NCBI GenBank assembly: GCA_041910415.1
Contig: JAYRQX010000462.1
Span: 1 to 28,122, forward strand
DNA length: 28,122 nucleotides
Direction: 5' to 3'
Source: Acetobacteraceae bacterium
Lineage (GTDB): Bacteria; Pseudomonadota; Alphaproteobacteria; Acetobacterales; Acetobacteraceae
Shown one piece after another: positions 15,011-25,625 of this stretch. The notes below the pieces were generated by a model that ran no database searches, was not told the DNA's origin, and worked only from the letters and a program-made list of their open reading frames with translations. Made by a program: the position numbers and the translations under genes. Positions within the stretch are counted from its first letter, which is position 1; each line of letters starts with the position of its first letter.

Positions 15011-15850
15011 ATGCCGCTGCTGCAACGCAAGGGAAAGCCCTCGATCCACTACGTGATCGACGACCACACCGATCCCTGGAAGAAGGCGCCGACCATCCTG
15101 CTGCAGCACGGCTATGGGCGCTCCACCGAATTCTGGCGCGGTTGGGTGCCCTATCTCTCGCGCTTCTATCGCGTGGTGCGCGCGGATCTGCGCGGCTTCG
15201 GCCGCTCGCCGCTCGACTTCGATCCGCACAAGGAGTTCAGCGTTGCGAATTTCCTGGAAGACATCACCGCGGTGATCGACCAGGTCGGCGGCGGGCGCGT
15301 CCATTACTGCGGTGAATCCCTTGGCGGCATTTTTGGACTTGTGCTCGCCGCGACGGTGCCGGAGCGGCTGCGCACGCTCTCCGTCGTCTCGTCTCCCGTC
15401 ACGGTGCCGAAGCACACGCAGACCGTCTTCGCCTTCGGCCATCCCAGCTGGCAGGAGGCGCTGCGCATCATGGGCAGCGAGGCCTGGGCCGCGGCCGGCA
15501 ACGGCACCACGCGCTTCCCGCCCGGCACGGACCAGGGGCTGCTCGACTGGTATGCGGCCGAGATGGGCAAGACCGACGTCGAATCCCTGATCGCTCTGTC
15601 GCGCATCGCGGAGACGGTGAACATCGCCGACCATCTCCCGAAGGTCGCCGTGCCGACGCTCGGCCTCTATCCGCGCGGCGGCACCATCACGGGCTTCGAG
15701 GAGGAGCAGATTCGGAAATCCGTGCCGGGCATCCGCGTCATCGGCCTGCCGACGCGCTTCCATTCCATCCAGGTCCTGATGCCTGCCGCCTGCGCCAAGG
15801 CCGTTCTGCATTTCTGCGGCGAGCATGACGGCGTCGCGAACCACGAATAG
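15011..15850 (+). CDS. Alpha/beta-hydrolase fold protein
   Basis: LLQHGYG oxyanion loop, RADLRGFGRS, nucleophile elbow GESLG and C-terminal His (RFHSI). 13 nt after Bug-4. Confidence 0.88.
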   Translation: MPLLQRKGKPSIHYVIDDHTDPWKKAPTILLQHGYGRSTEFWRGWVPYLSRFYRVVRADLRGFGRSPLDFDPHKEFSVANFLEDITAVIDQVGGGRVHYCGESLGGIFGLVLAATVPERLRTLSVVSSPVTVPKHTQTVFAFGHPSWQEALRIMGSEAWAAAGNGTTRFPPGTDQGLLDWYAAEMGKTDVESLIALSRIAETVNIADHLPKVAVPTLGLYPRGGTITGFEEEQIRKSVPGIRVIGLPTRFHSIQVLMPAACAKAVLHFCGEHDGVANHE

Positions 15851-15875
15851 GACAGAGGTGCGGCAGGCGGATGTT

Positions 15876-15914
15876 ATACCTGCGGCACGAGTCAAAGCCT
15901 CGTGCCGCAGGTAT
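15876..15914. repeat. Perfect 16-bp inverted repeat between convergent genes
   Basis: ATACCTGCGGCACGAG-tcaaagc-CTCGTGCCGCAGGTAT, with all 16 pairs checked. The last base is shared with the SDR stop codon. Confidence 0.9.
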
Positions 15915-16678
15915 CACGTGCTGCCCGCGCGCATCAGCGGGCGCCCGGTCAGGAAGCCGCCATCCACCGGCAGCACCGTGCCCGTGATGAAATCCGCGGC
16001 GTCCGAAGCGAGATAGGCCACCGCGCGCGCGACATCCGGCGCCAGGCCAAGCCGGCCATAGGGGATCATCGGCAGGAAGTTGCGCTTGTAATCCGCGCTG
16101 ACGCGCTCGCCTTCCACATCGATCAGCCCGGGGGCCACCGCGTTCACGCGGATGCGATGCGGGCCGAACTCCATCGCCATGCATTTGGTCAGCATGACGA
16201 GGCCGGCCTTGGACGCGCAATAATGCCCGGCACCCACGCGCGCCGAGAAGGCCGCGGTCGAGGCGATGTTGACGATCGCCCCGCCGCCGCCCACCGCGAC
16301 GCGCCGCTTCACGAAGGGCTGCGCGCAGAGCAGCGGGCCCTTCAGGTTCGTGTCGATCACCGCATCCCAGACCGCCTCGCTGAGATCGGTCAGCGTGTTG
16401 TCGGGATAGATCCCGGCGTTGTTCACCAGCACCGTCGGCGTGCCGAGCGCCGCCTCCACCTCGGCATGGAGCGCCTCGATGGCCGCGGCATCGCGCACGT
16501 CGAGCCGCCAGGCCCGCGCCGCGCCGCCAGCCCGAGCGATCCCCGCCGCGACACGTGTCGCGGCGTCCAGGTCGATGTCCGTGACGGCGACGGCGACGCC
16601 GTCGGCCGCCAGGGTCTCGGCGATGGCACGGCCCAGCCCGGTGGCCGCGCCGGTCACCACGGCAACGCGCTTGCTCAT
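15914..16678 (-). CDS. Classical short-chain dehydrogenase/reductase (SDR), probably NAD(H)-preferring
   Basis: TGAATGLG, acidic residue after beta-2 (VTDID), NNAG, S...YCASK catalytic residues, and VNAVAPG. Confidence 0.93.
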   Translation of the reverse strand: MSKRVAVVTGAATGLGRAIAETLAADGVAVAVTDIDLDAATRVAAGIARAGGAARAWRLDVRDAAAIEALHAEVEAALGTPTVLVNNAGIYPDNTLTDLSEAVWDAVIDTNLKGPLLCAQPFVKRRVAVGGGGAIVNIASTAAFSARVGAGHYCASKAGLVMLTKCMAMEFGPHRIRVNAVAPGLIDVEGERVSADYKRNFLPMIPYGRLGLAPDVARAVAYLASDAADFITGTVLPVDGGFLTGRPLMRAGST

Positions 16679-16712
16679 GAGACGATCTCCTCCCCTGCCG
16701 TGGCGCGTCCTG

Positions 16713-17765
16713 TCACCGCCGCGCGATCTCGCGGTTCCAGCGGTCGGTCCATTCCGGCCGCTGCGTGTTGACGTAGTTCCAGTCCGCGGTGACCAGGCGG
16801 CGCAGCGTCGCCTCCCCGGCCGGCAGGCGCTGGGCGACGTCGGCCGGCAATTGCACGGTGCGATTCACGGGCACCAGGTAGGTATGGCGCGCATTGGCCG
16901 CCTGCGCCTCCGGCCCCAGCACGTAGTTGATGTAGCGCTGCGCCGCGTCCAGCCGCCGCGTGCCGCGCGCGATGCCGATCGTGCTGTCGATGATCTGCCC
17001 GCCTTCCTGCGGGATCACCCAGCCGATATTGCCGCCCTGGTCGATCAGCCCCTGCGCGCGGTCGCTCGTCCAGGTCGTGATCCAGATGTCGCCCTGGGTG
17101 AACAGCTGAGAGACCTGTGCGTGCTGGTTCCAGAAGGTCACGGCCCCTGGCGCGATCTCCCGCAGGCTGGTGAAGCCGGGGTTGATGTTGCGCTCGTCGC
17201 CGCCGTTCATGCGCGCGGCCATGATCAGCAGCATCACGCCATGCGAGGTGTCGATGCCCGGCAGCGCCAGCCGGTTGCGGTATTCCGGCCGCCACAGGTC
17301 GCGGAACGAGGTCGGCGGCGTGCGGATGCGGCTGCGGTCATAGGCGATGACCTGCGAGACGTACATGAACTTGGTGTAGGGGTCGCCCTGGATCCGGAAC
17401 TGCGGATAGAGGTCGTTCATGTTGGGGATGGCGGCCGCCGTCAGCGGCTCGAACAGCCCCTCCGCATGGGCCTGCGCGGCACCGACCTCATCCATCATGA
17501 TCACGTCGATGCGCGGGTCGTTGCGCTGCGCGCGCATCATGGCGACGGTCTGCATGGTCAGGCCCGTCGCGATGCGCACGCGGATGCCCGGGTTGGCACG
17601 CTCGAAGGGCTCGATCACCGCGCGGCGCCAGCCTTCCTCGAAGGAGCCGCCATAGACGATGACGGTCAGTTCCTGCGGCGCCTGGGCGCGCGCGGGGACG
17701 ATTGCCAGCAGCGCGGCTGACATGGCGAGGCACGCGGCCCAGCCGGCTTTCCACACTCTCCGCAT
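16713..17765 (-). CDS. ABC transporter substrate-binding protein, PotD/PotF-like
   Basis: Start ATG 17765 with SD GAGGAGG. Signal peptide MRRVWKAG...ARAQ, then YGGSFEE, IDVIMMD, SFRDLWRPEY and AQRYINYVLGPEAQ. Confidence 0.88.
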   Translation of the reverse strand: MRRVWKAGWAACLAMSAALLAIVPARAQAPQELTVIVYGGSFEEGWRRAVIEPFERANPGIRVRIATGLTMQTVAMMRAQRNDPRIDVIMMDEVGAAQAHAEGLFEPLTAAAIPNMNDLYPQFRIQGDPYTKFMYVSQVIAYDRSRIRTPPTSFRDLWRPEYRNRLALPGIDTSHGVMLLIMAARMNGGDERNINPGFTSLREIAPGAVTFWNQHAQVSQLFTQGDIWITTWTSDRAQGLIDQGGNIGWVIPQEGGQIIDSTIGIARGTRRLDAAQRYINYVLGPEAQAANARHTYLVPVNRTVQLPADVAQRLPAGEATLRRLVTADWNYVNTQRPEWTDRWNREIARR

Positions 17766-17793
17766 TCCAGCCTCCTCTCGTTGCGGCCGGCGC

Positions 17794-18857
<1,064 letters not shown>

Positions 18858-18861
<4 letters not shown>

Positions 18862-19625
18862 GCGTGCCGGATATCCAGGAAGCGGCGGTAGAGCGGCACG
18901 CCGACGACCAGCCAGACCAGGATCAGCATGGTGGAGACCGCCGAGACCGACGGGCGGGAGGAGTATTCCAGCGAGGTGAAGATGCGGATCGGCAGCGTCT
19001 GCATGCCCGGCCCCGCGAGGAACAGGGAGACCACCAGCTCGTCGAAGGAGAGGATGAAGGCGAAGACCGCGCCGGCGACAACCCCGGGACGGATCAGGGG
19101 CAGCGTCACCTGGAAGAAGGTGCGCGTGGCGCTGGCGCCCAGATTGGACGCCGCCTCCTCCACCGCCGGATCGAACTCCGACAGGCTCGCCATGACCATG
19201 CGGATGACGAAGGGCGTCGTCAGTACGGCATGCGCCGCGATCATGCCGTGCAGCGTCCCCGCCAGCCCGACCTGGTTGTAGAAGATCAGCAGCGCGAGCC
19301 CGAGCACGATGGCCGGGAAGAAGATGGGCGACAGGAACAACGCCGCCGCGGCCGCCTTGCCCGGGAAGCGCCCGCGCGCGAGACCGAGCGCGGCCGAGGT
19401 GCCGAGGATCGTGGCAATGAGCGTGGAGGAGCCGGCCAGGACGGCGCTGACGCGCATCGCCTCCATGTATTCGCGGCTGCCGAGGACGTCGGCGAACCAG
19501 CGCAGGGTGACGCCGCGCGGCGGGAAGACCGGATAGGCCGTGGTCGTGAAGGAGGTCGCGACGACGACAAGCACCGGCGCCAGCAGGTAGAGCGCGATCA
19601 GCGCATTCACCGCCCAAAGGATCAT
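18858..19625 (-). CDS. ABC transporter permease, PotC-like
   Basis: Hydrophobic, with EAA loop EEAASNLGA and FILSFDE. Confidence 0.93.
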
Positions 19626-20461
19626 GCGCCCCGCTCCTGCCGCGCGAGGCGCATGGCGATCAGGAACATGGCGACGACGGTCGCCAGCATGACGAAGGCG
19701 ATCGCGCCGCCGAAGGGCCAGTTCAGCAGGCTCATCCCCTGCTGATAGATCAGCGTGGCCATGACCGGCACGCGCGGTCCGCCGATCAGGCTCGGTGTCA
19801 CGAAGGCGCTGACGGCGAGCGTGAACACCAGCACGGATCCGGAGAGGATGCCCGGCACCGTGAGCGGCAGCGTCACCTGCCAGAAGATCCGCGCGCGGCC
19901 CGCGCCCAGATTGCGCGCGGCCTCATAGAGTCGCGGGTCGATATTAAGCAAAGCGGCGTCCAGCGCGAGCACCATGAAGGGCAGCAGCACCTGCGTCAGC
20001 GCGATGATGATTCCCGTCATGTTGTACATGAACCGGATGGGATCCTCGGTGATGCCGAGATCCATCAGCGTGCGGTTGATGAAGCCGTTGTTGGACAGCA
20101 GGATCATCCAGCCGAAGGTGCGGACGACGGCACTCGTCAGCAACGGCAGCAGCACGACGAAGTAGAGCAGCGCGCGCGCAAAGCCGCGCAGCCGCGACAA
20201 TCCGTAGGCGAGCGGAAAGCCGAGCACGAGGCTCCACAACGTCACCTCGAGCCCGAGCCGCAGCGTGCGCCACAGGATCGCCAGGTGATAATCGTCGGTC
20301 AGGAAGGCGGTGTAGTGCGCAAGCGTCCAGCTGTCCTGGATGCCGCGCCCGGCCTCGTAGCCACGGAAGCTCAGAACGAAGAGCGTGATCAGCGGCCCGA
20401 GCATGAAGAGCGCGAGCCAGACGGCGTTCGGCAGCAGCAGCCTGGCGCCCGTGCCACGCAT
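19622..20461 (-). CDS. ABC transporter permease, PotB-like
   Basis: PLLTSAVVRTFGW, EAA loop YEAARNLGA and PSLIGG. ATGA overlap with the next permease. Confidence 0.93.
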   Translation of the reverse strand: MRGTGARLLLPNAVWLALFMLGPLITLFVLSFRGYEAGRGIQDSWTLAHYTAFLTDDYHLAILWRTLRLGLEVTLWSLVLGFPLAYGLSRLRGFARALLYFVVLLPLLTSAVVRTFGWMILLSNNGFINRTLMDLGITEDPIRFMYNMTGIIIALTQVLLPFMVLALDAALLNIDPRLYEAARNLGAGRARIFWQVTLPLTVPGILSGSVLVFTLAVSAFVTPSLIGGPRVPVMATLIYQQGMSLLNWPFGGAIAFVMLATVVAMFLIAMRLARQERGA

Positions 20462-20640
20462 CAGGGAACGCCATTCGCCACGGCCATCGCCGTGCTGTGT
20501 GCAGTTCCGTCCATGTCGCAGCCCTGGCCGGGAGGCGCGCAGGGCGCCTCTCCCCGGTCAGACTAGGGTGATGTGGCGGCGCTTGGGAAGCGCTGCGTTC
20601 CCGGCACGCGTCGCGTCGCCATGTCCATGACGGCAGGCGA

Positions 20641-21846
20641 TCAGCGGCGCTCGAAATCAACCATGTCATCCACCGGCAAGCCGAGCAGCCGCCGCCGCAG
20701 GACATCCAGCCCGAGTTCGGCCGCGCCGAGCCGCACCCATTCGCGGTTGCCGACCAGCCGCGCCTCCCGCGTCACGTCGCCCGCCGGGTCCACCAGGCCG
20801 ATCTCGATGCGGCCGCCTTCCGTCGCGTCGTCCGCCAGGGTCACCAGCACGGCCAGCGCGTGCGTCGCACCGCTCTCCGCCCGCAGCGCGGCAGCCCGCG
20901 CAACCGCACCCGTGTCGCTGCCCGCGGGTGGCAGCACCAGGCCGCGCCGGAACCGCGCCTCCGCCCCCGGCACCTGCAGCAGGCGCTGCGCAATGGCGCC
21001 GCCCGTCAGCGTCTCGGCAACGGCGAGCGTGCCCTCCCCGAGCGCACCGATCACCACGCCTTCGAGGGATTGCGCATCCTCGGCGACGATGAAATTGCCA
21101 AGGCGCTGGCGGACGGCGGCTTCCAGCGGCATGAGGATCGCCTCCAGCGCCGCGGCATCGGCCGCGCGCACCGAAAGCTTCGTCTCGAGTTGCGGGTAGT
21201 GCGCCTGGAAGCCCAGCTTCACGGCGCCCGGCGGCGCGCGCTCCTCAAGGCCCGCCAGCATCTGGTCGGCCCGGCTTTCGCCGATGCCGAAGGAGTGGAA
21301 CCGCTTGAGGCGCATCACGCCCGCGCGTCCCGCCTTCGCCAGCAGCCGGGGGATGATCTGCTCATCCAGCATCCGCAGCATCTCCCGCGGCACGCCCGGC
21401 GTGAAATAGAAGCGCGCGCCGGCGATCGTCACCGCGAAGCCGCACGCCGTGCCGATGGGGTTGTCGATGAACTCCGCGCCATCGGGCAGCATCGCCTGCT
21501 TGCGGTTGTTGGGCGGCATCACGCGGTTCCGCCTGGCGTAGAAGCCTTCCATCCGTTCCAGCCAGGGTCCGTGCAGAACCAGGGGAACGCCCGCCACCTC
21601 CGCCGCGATCTCCTGGCTGAGATCGTCCACGGTCGGTCCCAGCCCGCCATTGACGATGACCACATCCGCGCGCTCCGCCGCCTGGCGGAAGGCTGCGCGA
21701 AGGGCGTCGCGATCGTCGCCGACCATGGTGCCCCAGACGACGCCGAGATCTTCCTCGAACAACCGCCGGGCCATGTGGCCGTAATTGGTGTTGATCGTCT
21801 TGCCGGAGAGGATCTCGTCGCCCGTGCAGAGGATCTCGATGCGCAT
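20641..21846 (-). CDS. cinA: CinA-family protein (COG1058 N-terminal domain plus a degenerate PncC-like C-terminal domain)
   Basis: Start ATG 21846 (401 aa). GDEILSGKTINTN, GGLGPTVDD and PGVPREM. The C-terminus has AETLTGG in place of AESCTGG. Confidence 0.87.
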   Translation of the reverse strand: MRIEILCTGDEILSGKTINTNYGHMARRLFEEDLGVVWGTMVGDDRDALRAAFRQAAERADVVIVNGGLGPTVDDLSQEIAAEVAGVPLVLHGPWLERMEGFYARRNRVMPPNNRKQAMLPDGAEFIDNPIGTACGFAVTIAGARFYFTPGVPREMLRMLDEQIIPRLLAKAGRAGVMRLKRFHSFGIGESRADQMLAGLEERAPPGAVKLGFQAHYPQLETKLSVRAADAAALEAILMPLEAAVRQRLGNFIVAEDAQSLEGVVIGALGEGTLAVAETLTGGAIAQRLLQVPGAEARFRRGLVLPPAGSDTGAVARAAALRAESGATHALAVLVTLADDATEGGRIEIGLVDPAGDVTREARLVGNREWVRLGAAELGLDVLRRRLLGLPVDDMVDFERR

Positions 21847-22007
21847 GCCTGTCGTGCCCCGAAGCGGAATCCGGCCCTGGCCGGGCCGATCGTGCCGGGT
21901 TCCTGTAAAGACAGCGGCGGCTTCGGGCGCAAGGGCGGCGTGGCCCACACGCCGTCGAGACCGGTGCGGGCGCGACCTCGCCGGGTCGATCGGTGTGTGA
22001 GGCCAGG

Positions 22008-23345
22008 CTAATCCCAGGGCGAAGGACGCAGCGCCGTGCCATCGACGAGACGCGCATACCGGAAGGGCGCCGGATCGACGATCGGCGCAGCGCCGGTGAC
22101 GAGATCGGCGGCCAGGCGTCCGCCGCCTTGCCCCATGCCGAAGCCATGGCCGCTGAAGCCCGTCGCGACGAACAATCCCGCATGGCCATCGACGGCGGAG
22201 ATCACCGGCCGCGCATCCGGCGTGGAATCGATCAGCCCGCCCCAGGCCTCCTCGACGCGCAGCTCCTGCAAGAGCGGATAGTCGGCGCGGAAATGGGCCA
22301 TGGCGCGGTCGATCAGTTCCATGTTGGCGGGCGGATCGAGCACGCGCGTGGCCTCGAAAGGCGTGGGCCCGTCGAAGGACCAGCGCGCGAAACTCTCGGG
22401 CCCCTTCAGGAAGCGCGTCCCGAGCGTGAGCTTCACCTTGCCGCGCCGCTTCCGGAACAGCGGCAGGAACTTCATGGCGTAGAGGATGTTCTGCGGCGTC
22501 AGCTCGACGCGGCCGCCGCCCGCGATCGCGACGGTGTAGGCGCCGTCGTCGCGCCGGCGGAAGGCGTAGCTGTCCGTGGTGATGCCCCCGGCATTCACCT
22601 CGGGCGCCGCGTTGGTCCGGCACGCCGCGGCATAGACGCCCGCCTGCGGCAGCGGGATGCCGTGGCGGCGGAAGAACATCGAGGTCCAGGCGCCGCCGGC
22701 GCACAGCAAGGCGCCCGTGCGGATGCGCCCCTTTTCCGTGATGAGCGCGGAGACGCGGCCGCCGGTCGTCTCCATCCCGCGCGCGGCGCAGTCCTGATGG
22801 ATGGTCGCGCCCAAAGCGCGCGCAGCCTCCGCGATGGCCGGTGCGGCCTTGGTGGGTTCCGCGATCGCGTCGGTCGGCGAATAGAGCCCGCCCGCCCAGC
22901 GCGCGCCGCGCGCATTGGGCAGCATCGCCGCAAGATCGGCCGGGCGCAGGATGCGGCCGTCCATCTGGAACTCGCGCGTGCGGTCGAGCCACTGCTCCCA
23001 ATAGGCGACCTCGGAGGGGTTGGCCGAAACGGCGAGCAGCCCGCATTGGCGGTAGCCGACATCCTGCCCCGTCTCGCGCGACAGCCCACCCCAGATCCTG
23101 AGGCTTTCCCGCGCCAGCGGCACTTCCGGCAAGGACCGTCCATGCAGGCGGCACCAGCCCCAGTTGCGGCTGGATTGCTCGGCGCCGACCAGGCCCTTTT
23201 CCACCAGCGCGACGCGGATGCCTTTCTTCGCGAGGAAATAGGCAGCAGAGACGCCGACGATGCCGCCGCCGATAACGACGGCATCGGCCTCGGCGGGCAG
23301 GGTTTCGTCGGAGGCGATGCGCGCCAGCGCCGGCAAGGCAGGCAT
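22008..23345 (-). CDS. DAO-family FAD-dependent oxidoreductase (amino acid/amine oxidase-like)
   Basis: VIGGGIVG, GAEQSSRNWGW, WGGLIDSTPD and TGFSGHGFGMG. Confidence 0.92.
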   Translation of the reverse strand: MPALPALARIASDETLPAEADAVVIGGGIVGVSAAYFLAKKGIRVALVEKGLVGAEQSSRNWGWCRLHGRSLPEVPLARESLRIWGGLSRETGQDVGYRQCGLLAVSANPSEVAYWEQWLDRTREFQMDGRILRPADLAAMLPNARGARWAGGLYSPTDAIAEPTKAAPAIAEAARALGATIHQDCAARGMETTGGRVSALITEKGRIRTGALLCAGGAWTSMFFRRHGIPLPQAGVYAAACRTNAAPEVNAGGITTDSYAFRRRDDGAYTVAIAGGGRVELTPQNILYAMKFLPLFRKRRGKVKLTLGTRFLKGPESFARWSFDGPTPFEATRVLDPPANMELIDRAMAHFRADYPLLQELRVEEAWGGLIDSTPDARPVISAVDGHAGLFVATGFSGHGFGMGQGGGRLAADLVTGAAPIVDPAPFRYARLVDGTALRPSPWD

Positions 23346-23349
23346 GATG

Positions 23350-24729
23350 CTACGCGGCCCTGACTTCCATGAGCGCCTCGTCGAGCGCGCGGCGCAGCCG
23401 GTCGGCCATCTCCGTGATCTGCTCGGCCGTGATGATGAGCGGCGGCGCGAGCGAGATGCGGTGCTTCGTCGTGCGCAGGATGAGGCCGTGCTTGCGCGCG
23501 AGGCGGTCCATGATCGGGCCGACCTCCTTGCCTTCGGGAAAGGGGCGGCGCGTCTTCTTGTCGGCCACGATCTGCAGCCCGCCCATCAGCCCATGGCCGG
23601 AATAGTGGCCGATCAGCGGGTGGTCCGCCAGGCCTTCGAAGGTCGCGCGGAAATGCGGATCGAGCGCCTTCACGTGCCCGAGCATGTCCATTTCCTCGTA
23701 GATCGTCAGCACCTCGTTCGCGACGGCGCAGGCGACGGGATGGCCGCCATAGGTGAAGCCGTGGACGAAGGCACCGATGCGGTCGGACTGGGTCAGGATG
23801 GACTGGAAGACCTTGTCGCTGATCAGCACGGCGGAGACCGGCTGCATGGCCGCCGAGAGGGCTTTGGCGCAGGTGACGAGATCGGGCTGCAGCCCGCAGG
23901 TCTGGCTGCCCCACATGGCGCCGGTGCGGCCGAAGCCGCAGATCACCTCATCGGCCACCAGCAGAATGTCGTATTTCCGCAGGATCGCCTGCACACGTTC
24001 GAAGTAGCCCTTGGGCGGCGGCAGGGCGCCGGCGCCACCGCCCTGGATCGGGTCGCAGAAGAAGGCGCCGATGGTGTCCGGGCCTTCGCGCAGGATCAGC
24101 GCTTCCAGGCTGTCGGCCATGCGCTGGGAGAATTCTTCTTCGCTCTCCCCATCCACGTGGTCGCGGTACCAGTGCGGGCATTCCGCGTAGACATAGCCTT
24201 CGTACGGCATCCCGAATCCCTTGTGGAAATCGGGGATGCCCGTCAGGCAGATCGTGCCGATCGTCGAGCCGTGGTAGCTCTCCAGCCGCGAGATCACCTT
24301 GCGCTTCTGCGGCCTGCCCTGCGCGTTCCAGTGATACCAGACCAGCTTCAAGGCGGTGTCGTTCGCCTCCGACCCCGAGCATTGCAGCAGCACCTTCGAC
24401 ATCGGCACCGGCGCGATGTCCAGCAGCTTGTCAGCCAGTGTCACCGCGGCCTCGTTCGAGGCGTGTCGGAAAATCTGGTAGTAGCCGAGGCGCTTCATCG
24501 CATCGTAGGCGACCTTGGCCAGCCTTTCGTTCGCGAAGCCGAGCGAGCAGCACCACAGCGCCGATGCGCCTTCCAGATAGCGGTTGCCGGCATCGTCATA
24601 GATGTAGACGCCATCGCCGTGATCGAAAACCTGGGGGCCCGTGGTCAGATGCGCGCGCGCATTGGTGGAGGGATGCAGCAGCGCGGCGATGTCGCGCTCA
24701 TGCACGCTGTTCGAGAGCATCCGCGTCAT
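23350..24729 (-). CDS. Class III (omega-amine) PLP aminotransferase
   Basis: SALWCCSLG, SGSEAND, SYHGST, ADEVICGFGRTG, PLP lysine in TCAKALS, and HGFTYGGHP. Confidence 0.94.
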   Translation of the reverse strand: MTRMLSNSVHERDIAALLHPSTNARAHLTTGPQVFDHGDGVYIYDDAGNRYLEGASALWCCSLGFANERLAKVAYDAMKRLGYYQIFRHASNEAAVTLADKLLDIAPVPMSKVLLQCSGSEANDTALKLVWYHWNAQGRPQKRKVISRLESYHGSTIGTICLTGIPDFHKGFGMPYEGYVYAECPHWYRDHVDGESEEEFSQRMADSLEALILREGPDTIGAFFCDPIQGGGAGALPPPKGYFERVQAILRKYDILLVADEVICGFGRTGAMWGSQTCGLQPDLVTCAKALSAAMQPVSAVLISDKVFQSILTQSDRIGAFVHGFTYGGHPVACAVANEVLTIYEEMDMLGHVKALDPHFRATFEGLADHPLIGHYSGHGLMGGLQIVADKKTRRPFPEGKEVGPIMDRLARKHGLILRTTKHRISLAPPLIITAEQITEMADRLRRALDEALMEVRAA

Positions 24730-24746
24730 CGGTCTTCCCCATTGCC

Positions 24747-25625
24747 CTAGTCGTTCATGCCGCGCGGGTCGAAGGCGTCGCGCAGCCCGTCGCCCACGAA
24801 ATTGAAGCTCGCGACTGCGAGCGTGATCGCGATGCCGGGCAGGATCGCGAGGTGCGGCGCGGTGGTCAGGTACTGCTGCGCCTTCTCGAGCATGTTGCCC
24901 CAGCTCGGCACCGGCGGCTGGATGCCGTAGCCGAGATAGCTGACATAGGATTCCAACAGGATGCCACGCGCGACGATGAGCGTCGCGACCACCATGATCG
25001 GCCCCATGACGTTGGGCAGCAGCTCGCGGAACATGATACGCAGCGGGCGGGAGCCGGAGGCGATCGCCGCCATCACGAACTCCCGCTCCCGCAGCGACTT
25101 GATCTGCCCCTGCGTGATGCGCGCGACCTCCATCCAGGCGGTCAGCGCGACGATGACGATGATGGTGGTGACCGAAGGCGCGATCAGCGCCGCCAGCGTC
25201 AGCAGCAGGAAGATCGTGGGAAAGCAGAGCACCGCGTCCACGAAGCGCATCAGCGCATCGCCGACCACGCCGCCGCGAAACCCGGCCACGATGCCGACGA
25301 CGGTCCCCACCACCACCGCGATCACCATGGAGAGGATGCCGACGGAGAGCGAGATGCGTCCGGCCATCAGCAACCGGGCGAGCTGGTCGCGGCCGAGTTC
25401 GTCGGCGCCCAGCATGTGTGGCCCGGCGAAGGGCCGCTGGAAGCGGTTGCGCATGTCGAGCTGGAGTTCGGTGTAGGGCAGCAGGGACGGCCCGATCACG
25501 CAGGCGATGACCAGCAGCACGATGACGCAGGCGCCGAAGACCGCCAGCCGGTTCCGGCGGAAGCGCCGCAGCGTCTCGAAGCGCCGTTGCGGCGGGGTGT
25601 CGGTCGCCTCGGTCGTCGCGCTCAT
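24747..25625 (-). CDS. Peptide/nickel-type ABC permease, DppC-like
   Basis: Start ATG 25625 (ATGA overlap). LGADELGRD, GRISL, REFVMAA..SG and PSWGNML. Confidence 0.93.
   Translation of the reverse strand: MSATTEATDTPPQRRFETLRRFRRNRLAVFGACVIVLLVIACVIGPSLLPYTELQLDMRNRFQRPFAGPHMLGADELGRDQLARLLMAGRISLSVGILSMVIAVVVGTVVGIVAGFRGGVVGDALMRFVDAVLCFPTIFLLLTLAALIAPSVTTIIVIVALTAWMEVARITQGQIKSLREREFVMAAIASGSRPLRIMFRELLPNVMGPIMVVATLIVARGILLESYVSYLGYGIQPPVPSWGNMLEKAQQYLTTAPHLAILPGIAITLAVASFNFVGDGLRDAFDPRGMND

Noticed and set aside
21847-22007. Several short stems upstream of cinA (21872-21888, 21936-21954)
   Set aside because: Stems of 5-7 bp are expected by chance at this GC content, there is no U-tract, and they match no known RNA motif.
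20641-23154. Apparent large fusion ORFs (20641-23154, 12967-14664, 17794-19617, 24747-26369, 16713-17909)
   Set aside because: Only the C-terminal parts have family motifs. The upstream parts are shadows of neighbouring genes, and internal starts with an SD or ATGA overlap exist.
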